From Octopus vulgaris (taxonomy: Eukaryota): 64,000 bases of DNA. Positions 13,301 to 41,507 of this stretch are shown piece by piece (positions within the stretch are counted from its first letter, which is position 1; each line of letters starts with the position of its first letter). The position numbers and the translations under genes are program-made. The notes under the pieces were generated by a model that did no database searches, was not told the DNA's origin, and saw only the letters and a list, made by a program, of their open reading frames with translations. The stretch spans positions 63,550,001-63,614,000 of the forward strand of contig OX597832.1 in the NCBI GenBank assembly GCA_951406725.2. Reading direction: 5' to 3'.

Positions 13301-16300
13301 ACCATGTGCAAAAAATCAAATGTAGTTGCAGTAAAAAAAAAATTAATTGATTAAAACAGTAAATACTTCCTACAAAGCAGTTGAAACATTTTTTAACTAA
13401 AACAAAAATAATAAAAATATTCAGTATATAAACGTAAACAAAAGGAAGCAGCCACATAGCAGTGGATTGCAGAATTAGTAGAGCATCAGATAAAATAAAT
13501 TGCAGTGGTATTTGGTTATGTCACTTCATGTTCTGAATTCAAATCCCATGCTGGGGGACTTTCCCTTTCATTTTTCCAAAGTTGACAGAAGAAAATGTAC
13601 CAGTCCAATATTGTTGTTTGACATTATAGACCTATACTCTTTTCTCTCTTTCCAGCCTGGTAGCCATGTCTCTCCCGTACTGCAGGGCACCAGTTCTTAT
13701 CCCTCTCTCCTGCTTTAACCTCTCGATACCAGGCATAAAGCCAGCTCCCTCTCTACGACACACGCACATTCAGTTGCGGAGTCTTGCTTTGCGAGTTACA
13801 TAGTGATCTCATTAATGTCCTTGCAACATAGAAAGCTCCCAGTAACCTCAGTAATGTGGTTGGCACTAGGAATGGCATCCAGCTGTAGACACCAGAGCTT
13901 AATGCAATCCTCTGACTCGTTAGATCCTTTCAAACTACCCAACCTGTACCAACATGGATGACAGAGATTAAACAATGATGATCACAATTCTTGAAGTGAT
14001 GCTCCAGCATGGCCACTGTCCAATCACTGAGCCTAGTAAAACAGTGGATTAGAAGAGCCAGTTAATTAGAAAAGTATGTAGAACACAAGACAAATATACC
14101 TTGTGAAGTTTGGTGGCAGCGTATTATATTCAGAATACACAACCAGCAAATAGACAGATCATCAATGCATCAGATGAATATTTTGTGGTATTTGTTTTGA
14201 ATCTTTGTATTCTGAGTTCAAATCCTTTCAAGGTCAACTTTACTTTTCATCCTTCTAGAGTTTTCAATGAAAGTAACAGTTTAGGGCAGTGGACTGGCAG
14301 AATAATTGGAGCACCAAACAGGATGCCTTCATAACAATGTTTGTTTCAAATCTTTCCATCCTGAGTTCAGATCGCTACTTGGATGATAGACTTAATCCAT
14401 CATCCAGTTTAGTATCACCATCCTTGGATCCTTTAAGCAGAATCCATCTTGTTGGAATCATTCAGACCAAACCTCTGATTTCAGCATATCTCCCTCTATC
14501 CCTCCTACCCTTCCACCAATTTCAGAAACCCTACAAAGAGTCACAAAGCACTGCCCTTTCTCTCCTCCTCCTCTGCATCAACATCATCATCATTTAACAT
14601 CCATTTTCCATGCTGGCATGGGTTGTATGGTTTAACAGGAACCAGTGACCCACAACAGAGCTGCACTGTGCCCCAGGGTTTCTATGGCAACATACCCTTT
14701 CTAACAGCAACCACTTTACAGAGTGTACTGGGTGCTGCTTTTTTTTTTTTTTTGTGCCACCATCACTAGTTTGGCTACAAGAGGGGAAAAGTCCCCTTGA
14801 CTGTGGGAAGAGGATTGAAGAAGGTGGAGATGAGACTTTATACAGGGACAAGCAGGTGTTTTGCAGTGGAAATCATACATGGCTACCCTGTGCTTATATA
14901 AGGGTGTGTGGGAGTAGCTGAGAAAAAAATGAGATGGCAGCAATGGGTTGCCAGAATAGACAAACATTTAAATAATTATCGCCTGGAACAATGTTAACTT
15001 TCCTTCTGAGTTTAATAGAATATACCAGTTGGGTATATTGAGGTTCACTCATGTTCTATACAATCAAGTGTCCCCTTAAAAACAGTACCCCAACATTGCC
15101 AGAGTCCAACCCATAAGTAAAAGAAAATACACCCAATATATGGCACTTCTGTTAGCTACAAATATGATATACTTTCATTTAAATAAATAGACAGCATTTA
15201 TTTATTTTTACTGCGATGTACATGCATAGCACGTGACCTGATCTGAGATCGTGTGCTGGAACAAAAATAATTGCAGTGTGGAAGGTGTTTATAAACCATT
15301 TAAAAACACACAAACATCGTCAGATACAGCATGGAATTTTGTCAGTGAACAGGTCATGGTCTCAAAGGCACAAAAATCTAACAGTTTTTGTGTGTTTTAA
15401 ATGGTTTATAAACACCTTCTACACTGCAATTATTTATTTATTTTATTTTATTTTTATCAATGGTTTAGTTTCTCATTATTTACTAAAATTTCATACCACT
15501 GGTTCTTTTTAGCATCAGACAAAAATATGCATATATTTTGGTTAGACTCAAGATCGTTTTATACACAGACAGTTCAAAAATAAATAGACACCATCATTTT
15601 TGAAAGATTTGTTTCTAGAAACAAAATGTTCTTTGATAGGGTTAACCTTTTAGCATTCAGGTTTCTCATTAAATGTAATCCTTATTTATTCATCATGCAT
15701 TATCTCACAGCTCTGAGATTTCGATGATGTGATTGTTTATATTTAAAATGACATTGTAGGGTAGGTAGGAGAGATCAGATCTGGCTACTTTAAAAATGAA
15801 ACAGATAGAATACTTTTGGGTGGATACGGCTGGTTTAAATGCTAAAGGATTAAATACTTAATCTAGTGATTTAGTAGACATGCCCTGAGCAGTTTTCAAT
15901 AATTTAATCTATTTGGATATCGTACTAATGAGTAGTCTCTGTAAAGACAAAATGATATAATGAAGGGTGTCTAATTACTTTTGAGATGTGTATGGTCCTT
16001 CTATACACACACACAGATACATATATATATATTAGTTAATAAATCGTGTGGTATAAACCTGGTAGTTTACTGTTAAAGCATGTTCACTTTCTTAGTGTTC
16101 GTTTGGTATTTGATTAATGAGAAAGACAGAAGATGAGTTGAAACAATTGTAGTGACCAATAAACTTTCTCGTATCTTCCATCTTTCATTTCTCATTAATC
16201 AAATATATAGATATATATATATATGTGTGTGTGTGTTAGTGTATATATATGTATAAGCGTATGTATGTATATATATTTTTGCATACAAAAATTTAACCTT

Positions 16301-17059
16301 TATAGGAAAGAGAAGATAAAATGAAAAATGTTCCAAGGAGGGAATTGAACCTCTAATGAGGTACCAAACATGTTACTCTAAAATACTCAGGCCAATGTTC
16401 TGCTGTGTTGGCCTCTTCTCTTATTTTCAGTCTGTGAAAAAAAAGCAAGTGATAAAAGGATTTTAAAAAATTGTGTATTTTGACAGAATCTTGGAAAAAT
16501 TCTTGTTACAATTACAAAGTTATTAAAGTTATTAATGATGTCGTTAATGGTGTTGTTGTTGTTGTGTGGATATGACTTTTAATTGCATTCAATAGTGAGG
16601 CCCCGATTCAGCACTTTCAAGATTTTGAGAAGCATGAAACCATCTTTTAGCCACTCTTGTTTGCAAGTCTACTCTGACCCGAAGTAGTAGTGCCTCTTGG
16701 GGCCCCAGCTATGAATTACTTAGTAGGTTAGAGCTGGCCTATATACATGTGAAGACTGGATCCAGTGGACATTGCAGAAGAAACCTACATGGTCCAATGG
16801 AGAGGAAGATGAATGCAGCAATGCATTGTGGATTGCGGAGAGCAAGACGAGGCAAGTAACTTACCTTGGTCATCCACTGCATCTGTCTTGATCCCCTGTC
16901 GTTTTAACCTAGCTTCTCCATTGTGCTGAACATTATCACAGATGAGAGAGTGAGGTTGATGGTGCACAACACTGTTTTAAACAAATTCACTTCACAGGTC
17001 ATCGGTCATCCTGATATTTGGCTAGGTTGTCTTTGTCACTGTGATGGACATGTTGCATA

Positions 17060-17370
17060 ATCCGTGCTATTGTATGGCAGTAAAACGTGGACACTGATGA
17101 ACAAATTATGAAATGGGCTTAATGGATGCTAGGAATGGCCCTAAATGTGAAATGGCAGCAACATATGACAAACGAATGCCTTTATGGAGACCTGCTGAAA
17201 GTTAGTGAGATCGGGCAAAGACAGCTGCAACTCTGGTGATTGTGACCACCACCCTGAACTGGAAGCATCTAAATAAGTCTTGTGGAACCCACTTTATGGT
17301 GATGTAAGAAAAGGAAAACATCATCACACATTGACAATTTGATGGCAGACACTGACCTGGAATATATCCA
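17060..17370 (+). mobile_element. RTE-like LINE remnant
   Basis: Decayed frame SVLLYGSKTWTLM..MLGMALNVKWQQHMTNECLYG. Confidence 0.65.
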
Positions 17371-19608
17371 AGACCAAGAGGTATGGTAACAGGGGGGGGG
17401 GACTTGTTGCTGCAACCCAACCATAATAATAATAATGGTTTCAAATTTTGGCACACAACCAGCAAATTCAGGAGAGGAGAAAGACAATTACATCAACCCC
17501 AGTGCTCAGTTTGTCGACCTCAGTAGAACTTGAACTCAGAATATAAATACAGACAATATGCTGTTAAGAATTGTACCCAGCATGCTAACGACTCTGCCAG
17601 CTCACTGCTTTAGCAATAATGATAATAATTATTTCTACTCTAGGCACAAGGGGAAGGGGGTTAGTCAATTACAACGACTCCAGTGCATAACTGGTACCTA
17701 TTTCATCGACCCCGAAAGGATGAAAGGCAAAGTGGCAGAATTTGAACTCAGAATGTAGCAATGGCTGAAATACCACTAAGCATTTTGCCCAGCATGCTAA
17801 CAACTCTGCCACCTCGCCGCCTTAATAATAATAATGGTCTCAGTCAGCTTGGATTAAGGCATTCCATTAGCTTTTCCAAACGTGCCATTCTACCTAAATA
17901 ATGCTGTCTAATAATTTGAGAGTCTAAAACGTGAATCTTGTGTTAAAGAAGACAATGGTCATGGTTGAGAGATTTTGTTTACCTTTTTTATCCGTTTCAA
18001 TCACTGACTGCAGCCATGTTGGGACACTGCATTGAAGAAGGGTTTTAAACAAACTGATTTCAGTACTTACGGGGGTTTTTTAAAGTCTGAAACTCATTCT
18101 ATGATTCACTTTTTCCCAAAGCACTAAATAACAAGAATGTAAACAAACCAACATCAGAGAATAAACATAAAGACATATTTTATGGGAGGGGTTGAAGATG
18201 TATGACAGACAAGCACATATCTTGCTGAAAGAAGAGACACCCTGCATTACATGTTTGAGAATAGCAGAAAGGGAGATAAAAATGGTGGCTACAAGATACT
18301 GAATCCAAGTAAAAAGTCACGTGGGGGTTTTGTCCTTATCCCATAAATTAATTATGACTTTTTTTTCCTGTGATTTTATTACTGGTCACCAAGATACCAG
18401 AGCATACTCTCATGGTACAAGACGTTAAGCAAATCAAGAAGGAAGGAAACAGCATAGCTCAAGCTGGTGGTTATAGAGTCTTGGTATGTGTTTGTGTCTC
18501 TGCCAATTATCAAGATGGCATTTTTTTAGCTGAGGGCTAATAACATCAGAACTGTCTCAATGACGAGAATATTACACCAATATGTGTTCAACTTGAGATT
18601 TGTAGAGGATCGACAATAGATAAGATATTGAGTATTTCTTAGAACTGAAAGTCTAGTCATTAGAATATGCTTTTGGAAATGGATGGGAGCTATAGGTTAC
18701 TCATGTCAACAATGGTATTCTCATGTAAGTTAAGGTCAAAGACTAAGAGATCGTTAGCACTATGTATAGAGCCTGAGTTAGTCATTGTAGAGAAAGGTAA
18801 CTGCAAGTGATATAAGCAGTTGTTTACAACTATTTCTATTGCTTTTCAGGTGATGGAAATAATGTTGATAACACAGCATACCAAGATATTGTCTTTTGTA
18901 GAAACGGAAAGCATTTTCTATATTTCCGTAGATTGGAATCCCTACAAAGCGTAAAAACTTGTAAAGTTTGTAAAGACTGCAATCAAAGTTATGGTATAAT
19001 AGACATGCAAGAATTTAGAGGAAGACAAACTTTCTAACATCTACAGGCATGTCACAAAGACCATCTTTATAAATAATATTACAATATGGTATCATCATTG
19101 ATCCATATCTGACTGGAATCTCTTGCAGTGAATAGTAAAGATTACACAGAATATTGTCCTATTTATTATTGCAAAAATTCCAAACAAATTGAATATTGCC
19201 AGATATTTTCAAAATAATTTATTCAAAATAAAGTGAATTTATTAATAATAAACCCAGGTAAGGAAAGTGTCTTGCTGCCAAGGATTGTAAAGAATATATT
19301 GTTATACATTCAAATGTTCTTAGCTGTGTGAATACTTCACAGTTGATTATCCTGTTTTTTAATTTACTATCTATAAGTCTACACTTCTGTATGAATAAAC
19401 TGGATATGTATGTATAGCTTTTAGACAGAACACTGTCTGTATACAGAAAATACTGTATATGTATAATTTTTAGGCAGAACCACTTGTGATGTGGTTTCTC
19501 ACGTTTGTGAAGTCACCTTTGTGAGATAATAATTAACCACATACAACGGACACGTCTTGTCTCCTGAATAACAAATAGGCTTGTGAATAATTATTACATT
19601 TTTTCGAC

Positions 19609-19952
19609 CAGTGGGTCAACTTGGGTCCATATGACTCCTAAGAGTCCACATAAGACTGGTGGGAGGAGGGGGTCCATGTAAGCAACACAATAAATTGGGG
19701 ATCCAGAGCAGTATTTGAAAAGTCCATGAAAAAATTTTGTTTTAGATGTATGTATTGCAAGAAACAGCTGGGTTTCTTTCTCAAAAGTTTTACATAGCTC
19801 AACCTATGTAAATTAATGTGTGAAAAACAAAATAGGAATTTTGAAAAAAGTTTCTGTTAAACTAGTTTTTTTGCACCGAATAGCTATGGGATCCACCAGA
19901 ATTAAATAGTATAATCAAAGGGGTCCATAGTTAAGGATGACTGAGAACCAGT
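19609..19952. mobile_element. Degenerate hAT-like MITE
   Basis: Ends CAGTGGGTCAAC.. and ..ACTGAGAACCAGT resemble CAGTGGTTCTCAAC-type TIRs; internal GGGTCCAT motifs. Confidence 0.45.
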
Positions 19953-20081
19953 CTTAGACGGTACATTTTACCACATAGAATCATAGTAGTTTGCTTATGT
20001 ATGTTTATATATTTGTGAATAGTTAGAGAATGATTCACCGCAATGATATTGTTTCCTAGTGAAGTTATTCGTGGGAATGAT

Positions 20082-20948
20082 TTACCACAGATCACAGTGA
20101 TATGGTTCCTTTCCTATATGGATGCGTTTGTGCTTATTTAAGTCACCACTTCGAGTGAATAACTTACCACAGATATCACAGTGATATGGTTTCTCTCCCG
20201 TATGGATGCGTCTGTGAGTTGTTAATTTAAATGGTTGTGTGAATGATTTACCACAAATATCACAATGATAGGGCTTCTCTCCTGTATGGATGCGTTTGTG
20301 AGCAGTTAAAGAACTGCTTGCAGAGAATGATTTACCACAAATATAACACTGGTAGAGCTTCTCTCCCGTGTGAATACGTTTGTGTTTAGTTAAGTCACTA
20401 CTATGAGAGAAGGATTTACCACAGATCTCACATGCATATGGTTTTTCTCCCGTGTGAATGCGTTTGTGGGTAGTCAAAGTACATGTTCGTGGGAACGATT
20501 TACCGCAGATATCACAGTGATAGGGCCTCTCCCCTGTATGAATACGTTTGTGTCTAGTTAAGTCACCACCGTGAGAGAATGAATTACCACATATTCCACA
20601 ATGATACGGTTTCTCCCCTGTATGAATGCTTCTGTGGGCATTTAAGTTACTGGTTACAGAGAATGACTTGCCACATATACCACAGTGATACGGTTTCTCT
20701 CCGGTGTGAATACGTTTGTGGGTGGTGAAATTACCTCTAGTGGAGAACGATTCACCGCAGATATCACACTGATATGGTTTCTCACCTGTATGAATGCGTT
20801 TATGTTCACTTAAATGATCATTTCGAGTGAATGATTTACCACAGACATCACAGTGATATGGTTCCTCTCCTGTATGAATATGTTTGTGTCTTGTTAAATT
20901 ACAATTCTGAGAGAATGATTTACCACATATATCACAGTGATAAGGCAT
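20082..20948 (-). CDS. Tandem C2H2 zinc-finger protein, 10 fingers with TGEKPY linkers (cephalopod-type expanded ZNF family)
   Basis: The 288-aa ORF consists of 10 CxxC-x12-HxxxH units. An 11th finger is frameshifted (HCDLW*) and a decayed finger with an in-frame TGA precedes the ATG, so the true start and functional status are uncertain. Confidence 0.85.
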   Translation of the reverse strand: MPYHCDICGKSFSQNCNLTRHKHIHTGEEPYHCDVCGKSFTRNDHLSEHKRIHTGEKPYQCDICGESFSTRGNFTTHKRIHTGEKPYHCGICGKSFSVTSNLNAHRSIHTGEKPYHCGICGNSFSHGGDLTRHKRIHTGERPYHCDICGKSFPRTCTLTTHKRIHTGEKPYACEICGKSFSHSSDLTKHKRIHTGEKLYQCYICGKSFSASSSLTAHKRIHTGEKPYHCDICGKSFTQPFKLTTHRRIHTGEKPYHCDICGKLFTRSGDLNKHKRIHIGKEPYHCDLW

Positions 20949-21569
20949 TTCTCACGTATGAATGTAAAAAGTTTATCTTTCGGGGTCATTGACTTTTCAG
21001 CAATATCACAATGCTGTCATTTTTCACATTACTTCAAATTAAAAACAAAAATCAATCAAGTTTCACACTTAATCATTTCTTTTCATAAATTTTTCTTCTC
21101 TCAGCACAATGTTTTTTTTCTTCTTTTCTCGGTTTCATTCCTTTCTTTTATCAGCTTACATCCAACAATTATTCCATCTTCGACACTTTTCGCAAACATT
21201 TGTCAAGAGTCGATATCCGAAGATGCTGCTACAAACACTCCTTTTGTAAATAAATCCACTCATAACTAGAATTCAGAATCATCGTGTACACACTCCAGCT
21301 ACTGAATTAAAGATATATTAATAATAATCTCAGCTCAGATCATAGAATTCAGAATAATTCTATCACAAACATAAGACAAGATTATAGCTGTGTCTGATGA
21401 CAACTTTGGTGATGTTGAGCAAATATTTCTTGACGAACGTTCCAGAAATCGCTAATTTTTTTTTTTTAATAAATCCTATAATATAAAAGATGAATATGGG
21501 TATATTGTAATTATTTTATGTTCAATTCTAAATAAATTACTTTCCCATCATAATGTCTCGATAAGAAAC

Positions 21570-21700
21570 ATTAATTCCGCACCGGAAGTGAATTACGATT
21601 TAATATGCGCATGAATAATGCGGATTAAGCAGACGAGTAAGATGACGTAGCCGCGCCACTATATAGAGGCAGACCTACAGTTTGGTGCCCCATCCCGGAA
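21570..21700 (-). promoter_or_regulatory. Probable promoter of the ZNF gene
   Basis: Local CpG cluster with ETS ACCGGAAGTG (21581-21590), TGCGCATG and CCCGGAA about 650 bp upstream of the ZNF ATG. Confidence 0.45.
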
Positions 21701-22322
21701 TTTTCTTTTGCTTAATTTTTTTAAAAATAAAGGCATCATTTTAAATGAAATTTTGCAGAGATACTCTTTATGAATGTGTAGATTACAAATTATATTATAA
21801 AAGTTTTTAAAAAACTGTTTTGAATCATTCAATTCCTCCATGGAAATCTACAGAAATTTTGTTTAAAACAAGGAAAATATTAGAAATATTGCATTTCTAA
21901 ATCTCTGAGAGAGTTATACAGTAGCAGCACGATAAAGTGATGGTTTTTTGCCAATTTATTGTAGCAGTCCCAGGAAAGAGAAGAATGCTACTGCTATTTA
22001 GCCCAAAAGAACACCGTTTCTAGTTGGTTACATGACACAAACGTTCTGTGTCCTTAAGTTTTCCAACAAAGCCAGCATTCAGAGACTAGTTTCAGGGTAG
22101 TTGCTCTTCAGAAGTCTGGAGTAGCTTGGCCTTGCTAGATGTTGGTACTAAATTGCTGTTGAAAACTTATAGAATTTCAAATGAAATAAATTCACTGATC
22201 TACAAAATTAGAAATATTGCATTTCTAAATCTCTTGGCAAGAGTTATACAGCAGCAGCATGATAAAGTGATGGTTTGTTGCCAACTTAATTTTTAATATT
22301 TACACACACAGTTAGTCTAAAT

Positions 22323-22595
22323 CTGTGGTTCCCAAAGTGGATGATATTGCTCCCCTGGGGGCAGCGGAAAGTTCCAAGGGAGCTTTGAAGAAAAGTGGTG
22401 CAATAATGGGGGTAGCGATTCATGTAAAAAGTGGAACAATAATGGGGTAGTGATTCATTAAGTCAAGTTTTATTTGTGAAATATAGTTGCTTCCGAAAGA
22501 GGTCTATGTTTGTGATGGTTAGTTGGGGTGGGGGTGCCTGGAATATGGCCTGGGTATCAAGGGGGTGGCAGCCTAAACAAGTTTGGGAATCACTG
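22323..22595. mobile_element. hAT (Charlie-like) MITE
   Basis: TIRs CTGTGGTTCCCAAA / TTTGGGAATCACTG and a perfect 8-bp TSD GTCTAAAT (22315-22322 and 22596-22603). Confidence 0.85.
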
Positions 22596-23580
22596 GTCTA
22601 AATACTCACAGGACCACCCACATACTTCACTGAATCTTTTGATTGGTGAAAATTGATAAACATCCTTGAGTTAAACATTCGTTACTTGGACTTTTTGAAA
22701 GATGGTGAGGGCCAGGCAACAACACTAGGCTTCATTGTCTGTTCTGGCAGGATTCTATGTCTGGATGCCATTCCCAACACTGACTACTATACAGTGTACT
22801 GGGTGCTTTTTGCCTGGCACCGGCACCAGTACCAATTCTGCTGTGGTGGTGGACAAGTCTTCTTGAGTACTGCAAGGCACCAGATACTTTGGCCCTTAGT
22901 CATCTCCTTTATAAGGCTCAGTGTCTTAAGATTGGCCTTCAGTACCTTGTCCCATGTTTTTCTGGGTCTCCTCTCCCATGATATCCATCCACTTTAAGTG
23001 ATTGATACATCTATATGTAACTGCCTGCATCCATTTGCATCACATGACCAAACCAGCAGCCTTCTCTCTTGCACACTGCTTCTAATTCCTCTTATGCCCA
23101 ACTTTTCTCTTAATACATGAGCGCTTTGTTGCAGATGTACTCTGATATTGCGCAACCAGCAGAGCATACTAGCTTCATTCCTCTCTCGTTTTCATGTCCT
23201 TTGCATTCAGGGTGTACATCTCACTACTACATAGTGTTGTTGTTCGTATACACACATCATACAATCTTCCTTTCACTCAGAGACTTTTCATTGCCAACAG
23301 AGATAAAGGCTCTCTAAATCTTCTCCTATTCTTGTTCTTACAATTACACTTTCTGTATATCCTCCCCAACAGCTCATTAGTTCCCCAAGGTTGCAGAAAT
23401 TACCCACTACCTCCAAAGAGCCTACAGAGTATTTGAGAAAATTGATTTCATGAGTATCTGTAATTTTTAGGGGTCCTTACCTTATATGTAGGTTAGACTT
23501 CCAACTCAACATATATTTTGATATAAAGAATAAAAATAGTAATATATGTGTGTATCTATCTATCTATATATATATGAAAT

Positions 23581-23787
23581 TATTGCGTTGGTGCATAATT
23601 ATTGCGGCTTTTTTTCAACAAAAACATCTTTAAATGATGGTCTGACCGTCTGCCAAGCAGTAATTGAAGTAGATGGTGAATAGGCTCTGGAATAATCATT
23701 TAAAGATGTTTATGTTACATGCTGTTATAGTTTTTGTTAAATAAAATTTGTTGTAAAAAGCTGCAATAATTATGCACCAACCCAATA
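23581..23787. mobile_element. Mariner-type MITE
   Basis: TIRs of about 30 bp, TATTGCGTTGGTGCATAATTATTGCGGC / GCTGCAATAATTATGCACCAACCCAATA, with TA ends. Confidence 0.8.
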
Positions 23788-24769
23788 TATACAATACTTT
23801 GTATGTGGGTATTTGAAAGAATATGTATGTATACAGTGGGGTTTTATACCCAACTTATTTTTCTAATTACTTCAAAAAAGGATATAAAAGCTAGATGGTC
23901 ATGAATTAACTTTAAATAGTTGATTGATGTGTAGAATGGAATCAGTTGTTTTATTGAGACAGGCAGCAGGTAATTTAGGTTTTTCAAAGAAACAATTGAT
24001 GGACACAGAAATGGTCAGTGTTCCTCCCTTTATCACATTATTATCTCTCAACACTTAATTTCATTTTATTCATCATTCTGTTTTGCACTTTCTCTGATCA
24101 TGGAGGTAGAATTGTAATTCATAACCAACATGACCCTTTTGTGTATGTCTGTGACTGTTTATTTGTTTTGTACTTTGATAGTAATTGTATTTTGTCTATC
24201 ACAATACCAATAGGTTTAGTTTAGTCTGTGAACTGCTGAATATAACATATTTCTTTGGGTATGCATTCTTCCATCAAGTGAAATGACAGTATAACCCAAC
24301 AAAGGACTTATTCAAACAATCACCTGAAGAAGTGCATCTTACACCTATGATATGATAGTGTTTGCACAACATATTAATGCACTAAGAGTGTAAAAATTTG
24401 TCAAAACAATTGTAATGATTTTAAATAAAGAATGTTGGGTGATATGCTATGCTTGAGAAAACCTGTCAAACCAAGTGAAATCATAGCCGTGGCTGATGCA
24501 AGTGCTGGTGGCACACAAAAAGCAACATTTGAGCATGTGGTCAATACCGGTGTCATGTCAATTGTAACTGGTGCCAGTGACACATAAAAAGTACCCACTA
24601 CACTCTTGGAGTGGTTGGCATTAGGAAAGGCATCGTCATAGAAACCATGCCAAACCAGATTGGAACCTAGTGTAGCTCACCAGTTTTCAGTCAAACCATC
24701 CAACCCATGCCAGCTTGGAAAGATGTTTGATGATGAATATCATTCAAACTATTTTCTATCATTTATCTA

Positions 24770-24823
<54 letters not shown>

Positions 24824-25049
24824 AATATATCATCATCATTTAATGTCCGTTTTGCATACTGGCATGGGTTAGACGATTTGACTGGAACTGGTAAACCAGA
24901 GAGCTGTATGTTCTAAACACCAGCTCAAGAATGATAAAAACACTTTACTAAATTATTTATTTTTGAAATTAATTGGATCAAAAGTAGAGTATTTCAACTA
25001 TAAAAGAATAAAAGGCTTAAAACCCAAGTCATGTTCTTCTCATCCTGTC

Positions 25050-25275
25050 ACAGAAATTTGGTTTATCTCCAGTGGATGCTCGTTTCTTCATTATAAGTTT
25101 AGAGTTTGCAATAAAAGGTTTTTCCACATAGAGTGAAATAAGTTTTTCTCCTGGGTGTATCCTTTTGTCGCTTGTAAATTTGCAATTTTCCACATATTTC
25201 ATTATGATAGGGTTCTTTTCCAGTCCATATTACAAGACTAAAATTAACAGAGAATGATCTCCAACATATTCTGTT
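25050..25275 (-). pseudogene. Degenerate C2H2 zinc-finger remnant
   Basis: Minus-strand translation gives ICWRSFSVNFSLVIWTGKEPYHNEICGKL..TLCGKTF: linker and finger remnants with the Cys/His ligands lost. Confidence 0.6.
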
Positions 25276-25909
25276 CGCTGCTGAGGTGAGATTCTTTTTA
25301 CAACTAGCTCCAATGCTCAAGCCTCCACTTTCCTGCTAATATATATAGTCATACTTAAGTGTAGGCATATCTAAACACCATCCAAAAATATATTTAGTCA
25401 AGACAAGCTGAGAGAGCCTCTATGTGGTTGCTCAACTTGATAGAAATAGTAGCAAAAATCTCAATCATCATCGTCAATTTAACATCCACTGTTCCATACT
25501 TGAATGGGTCAGTGTTTACTGAGGCCTATTTTTGACAGCTGGATGCCTTTCCTGTCACCAATCCTCACCTGCTTCCAAGCAGGTTTGGATAGACATTTTC
25601 ACGAACACTGAAAATGTATGACACTGCTTGTATAACAGTGACACTTGTTTTTATTATTATTCTTTTAAGCAATGTCAGCACAAACACACACATATATACA
25701 TTCTTTTATTCTTATACTTGTTTCAGTCATTTGACTGTGGTCATGCTGGAGCACTGCCTTAAAGGGTTTTAGTTAAACAAATCGACCTTGGGACTTATTC
25801 TTTGTAAGACCAGCACTTATTCTATTAGACTCTTTTGATGAACCACTAAGTTACAGCGAGGTAAACATACCAACATCGGTTGTCAAGCAGTGACAAGAGA
25901 CAAACACAC

Positions 25910-25953
<44 letters not shown>

Positions 25954-26552
25954 GATGGGCTTCTTCCAGTTTCTTATTTCTTTATTGCCCACAAGGGGCT
26001 AAACATAGAGGGGACAAACAAGGACAAAGGAATTAAGTCACTTACATCGATCCCAGTACGTAACTGGTATTTAATTTATTGACCCTGAAAGGATGAAAGG
26101 CGAAGTCAACCTTAGTGGAATTTGAACTCAGAACGTAAAGACAGACGAAATACTGCTAAGCATTTCGTTTGGCATGCTAATGTTTCTGCCAGCTCACCAC
26201 CTTTCAGTTTCTGTCTACCAAATTCACTTGCCCAAGGCACCACTCAGTGGGACACAAGCTTCTTACCACACAGCCAGACAAACCCTTTCAGTTTTCACCT
26301 AATCCACTCTCGAGATCACATACACACAATAAGTAAAAATATAAAACAAACTGCAAATTTACTTTAATCTTTTTTTAAAGTAATGATATTATTACGTAAT
26401 TATTATTATTATTATTACATATGCTCCAAACAGCCTAAAATGTAAGACGCTGGACAAAACGTGAATTGAAGAATGCTGGAGAAAAAAATCTTCAAGTTTG
26501 AAAAAAAAAAAATCAGAAATATGTGATGAATCAATCTAAAAGAATGAAGTGA

Positions 26553-40566
<14,014 letters not shown>

Positions 40567-40599
40567 AGCGATTAGACTCGATTCAATCCAGTCCAACAA

Positions 40600-41060
40600 C
40601 AATAATACTCAAATATTTCTCCAATAAAGTCAGGAACTGGAATCAAAACTTGTTTCCAAAAATGACTCAGGAAAATAAAACCGCTACGTTTATTTCTACC
40701 TCTTTGTGAGAAGAGCTCTAAATTATTTCCCTTGCTTTTTATAAAAATTGTCTTTTCTTCTGGCGAAATTCCGGAAGTTTACCAGAGTTAATTCCCTTTA
40801 TTGATTATTATTATTTTGACCCAGCTGTGACTGGAGTCTGTCATACCTCTTATTAAAGACTCTCCGGCCGTGACCATTGCTCTCCTCCCCACTTTCTCAA
40901 GACAGTGTTTGTAAGATCACATAATTCGGTGCATCTGTCCTTCTTTTATGACAGTTGAGGAAGATTTGGCAGCTATTTCTCAATAATGCTTGGAATTTCC
41001 ATCAGAGAAATAAAATTATTTGAATTTTGCGCCAAACAATTTGATTTGTCATGAATTATG
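40600..41060. promoter_or_regulatory. Probable bidirectional PSMA1/DDIAS promoter region
   Basis: Lies between divergent genes and retains CpG; ETS motif TTCCGGAAGT at about 40769-40778, E2F-like GCGCCAAA at 41029-41036, CHR-like TTTGAA at 41019-41024. Confidence 0.5.
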
Positions 41061-41507
41061 TAAGTCGATTTATTTTTTAATCTCCTGTAATAGCAATGAG
41101 TAATAAAAGGGGGAAATGGATAAGTTGGTATTTAAATTGTTCTGGGGTTTTTGTTTTTAATTAAGCTTCAAGAAATACAGTTAATTAATTAAGTATTCAT
41201 CTCAACTGATTTACTTTTTAAAATGAAACGTTTCTTATTGACTCAACTAAATGGGCGGAGGTAAAGATCATGGACTGCAACCTCCTTTGGGATTTTTTTT
41301 TTTTTTTTACAGGAGATTCCGAATCTACAAAAAAAAATTTAAACAGCATTTCAAAATTTCAATTCTCTACTCCCCTCTCCCCCATCAATTTCTTAAATTT
41401 TCACTTTTTAAAAAACTTTTTTTGGCGAAATACGTAGAAAAATACGAAGATTATGATTCTGAAAACAAAAATTTGTAAAATATCAATTTTTCAAAAAAAT
41501 AAATAAA

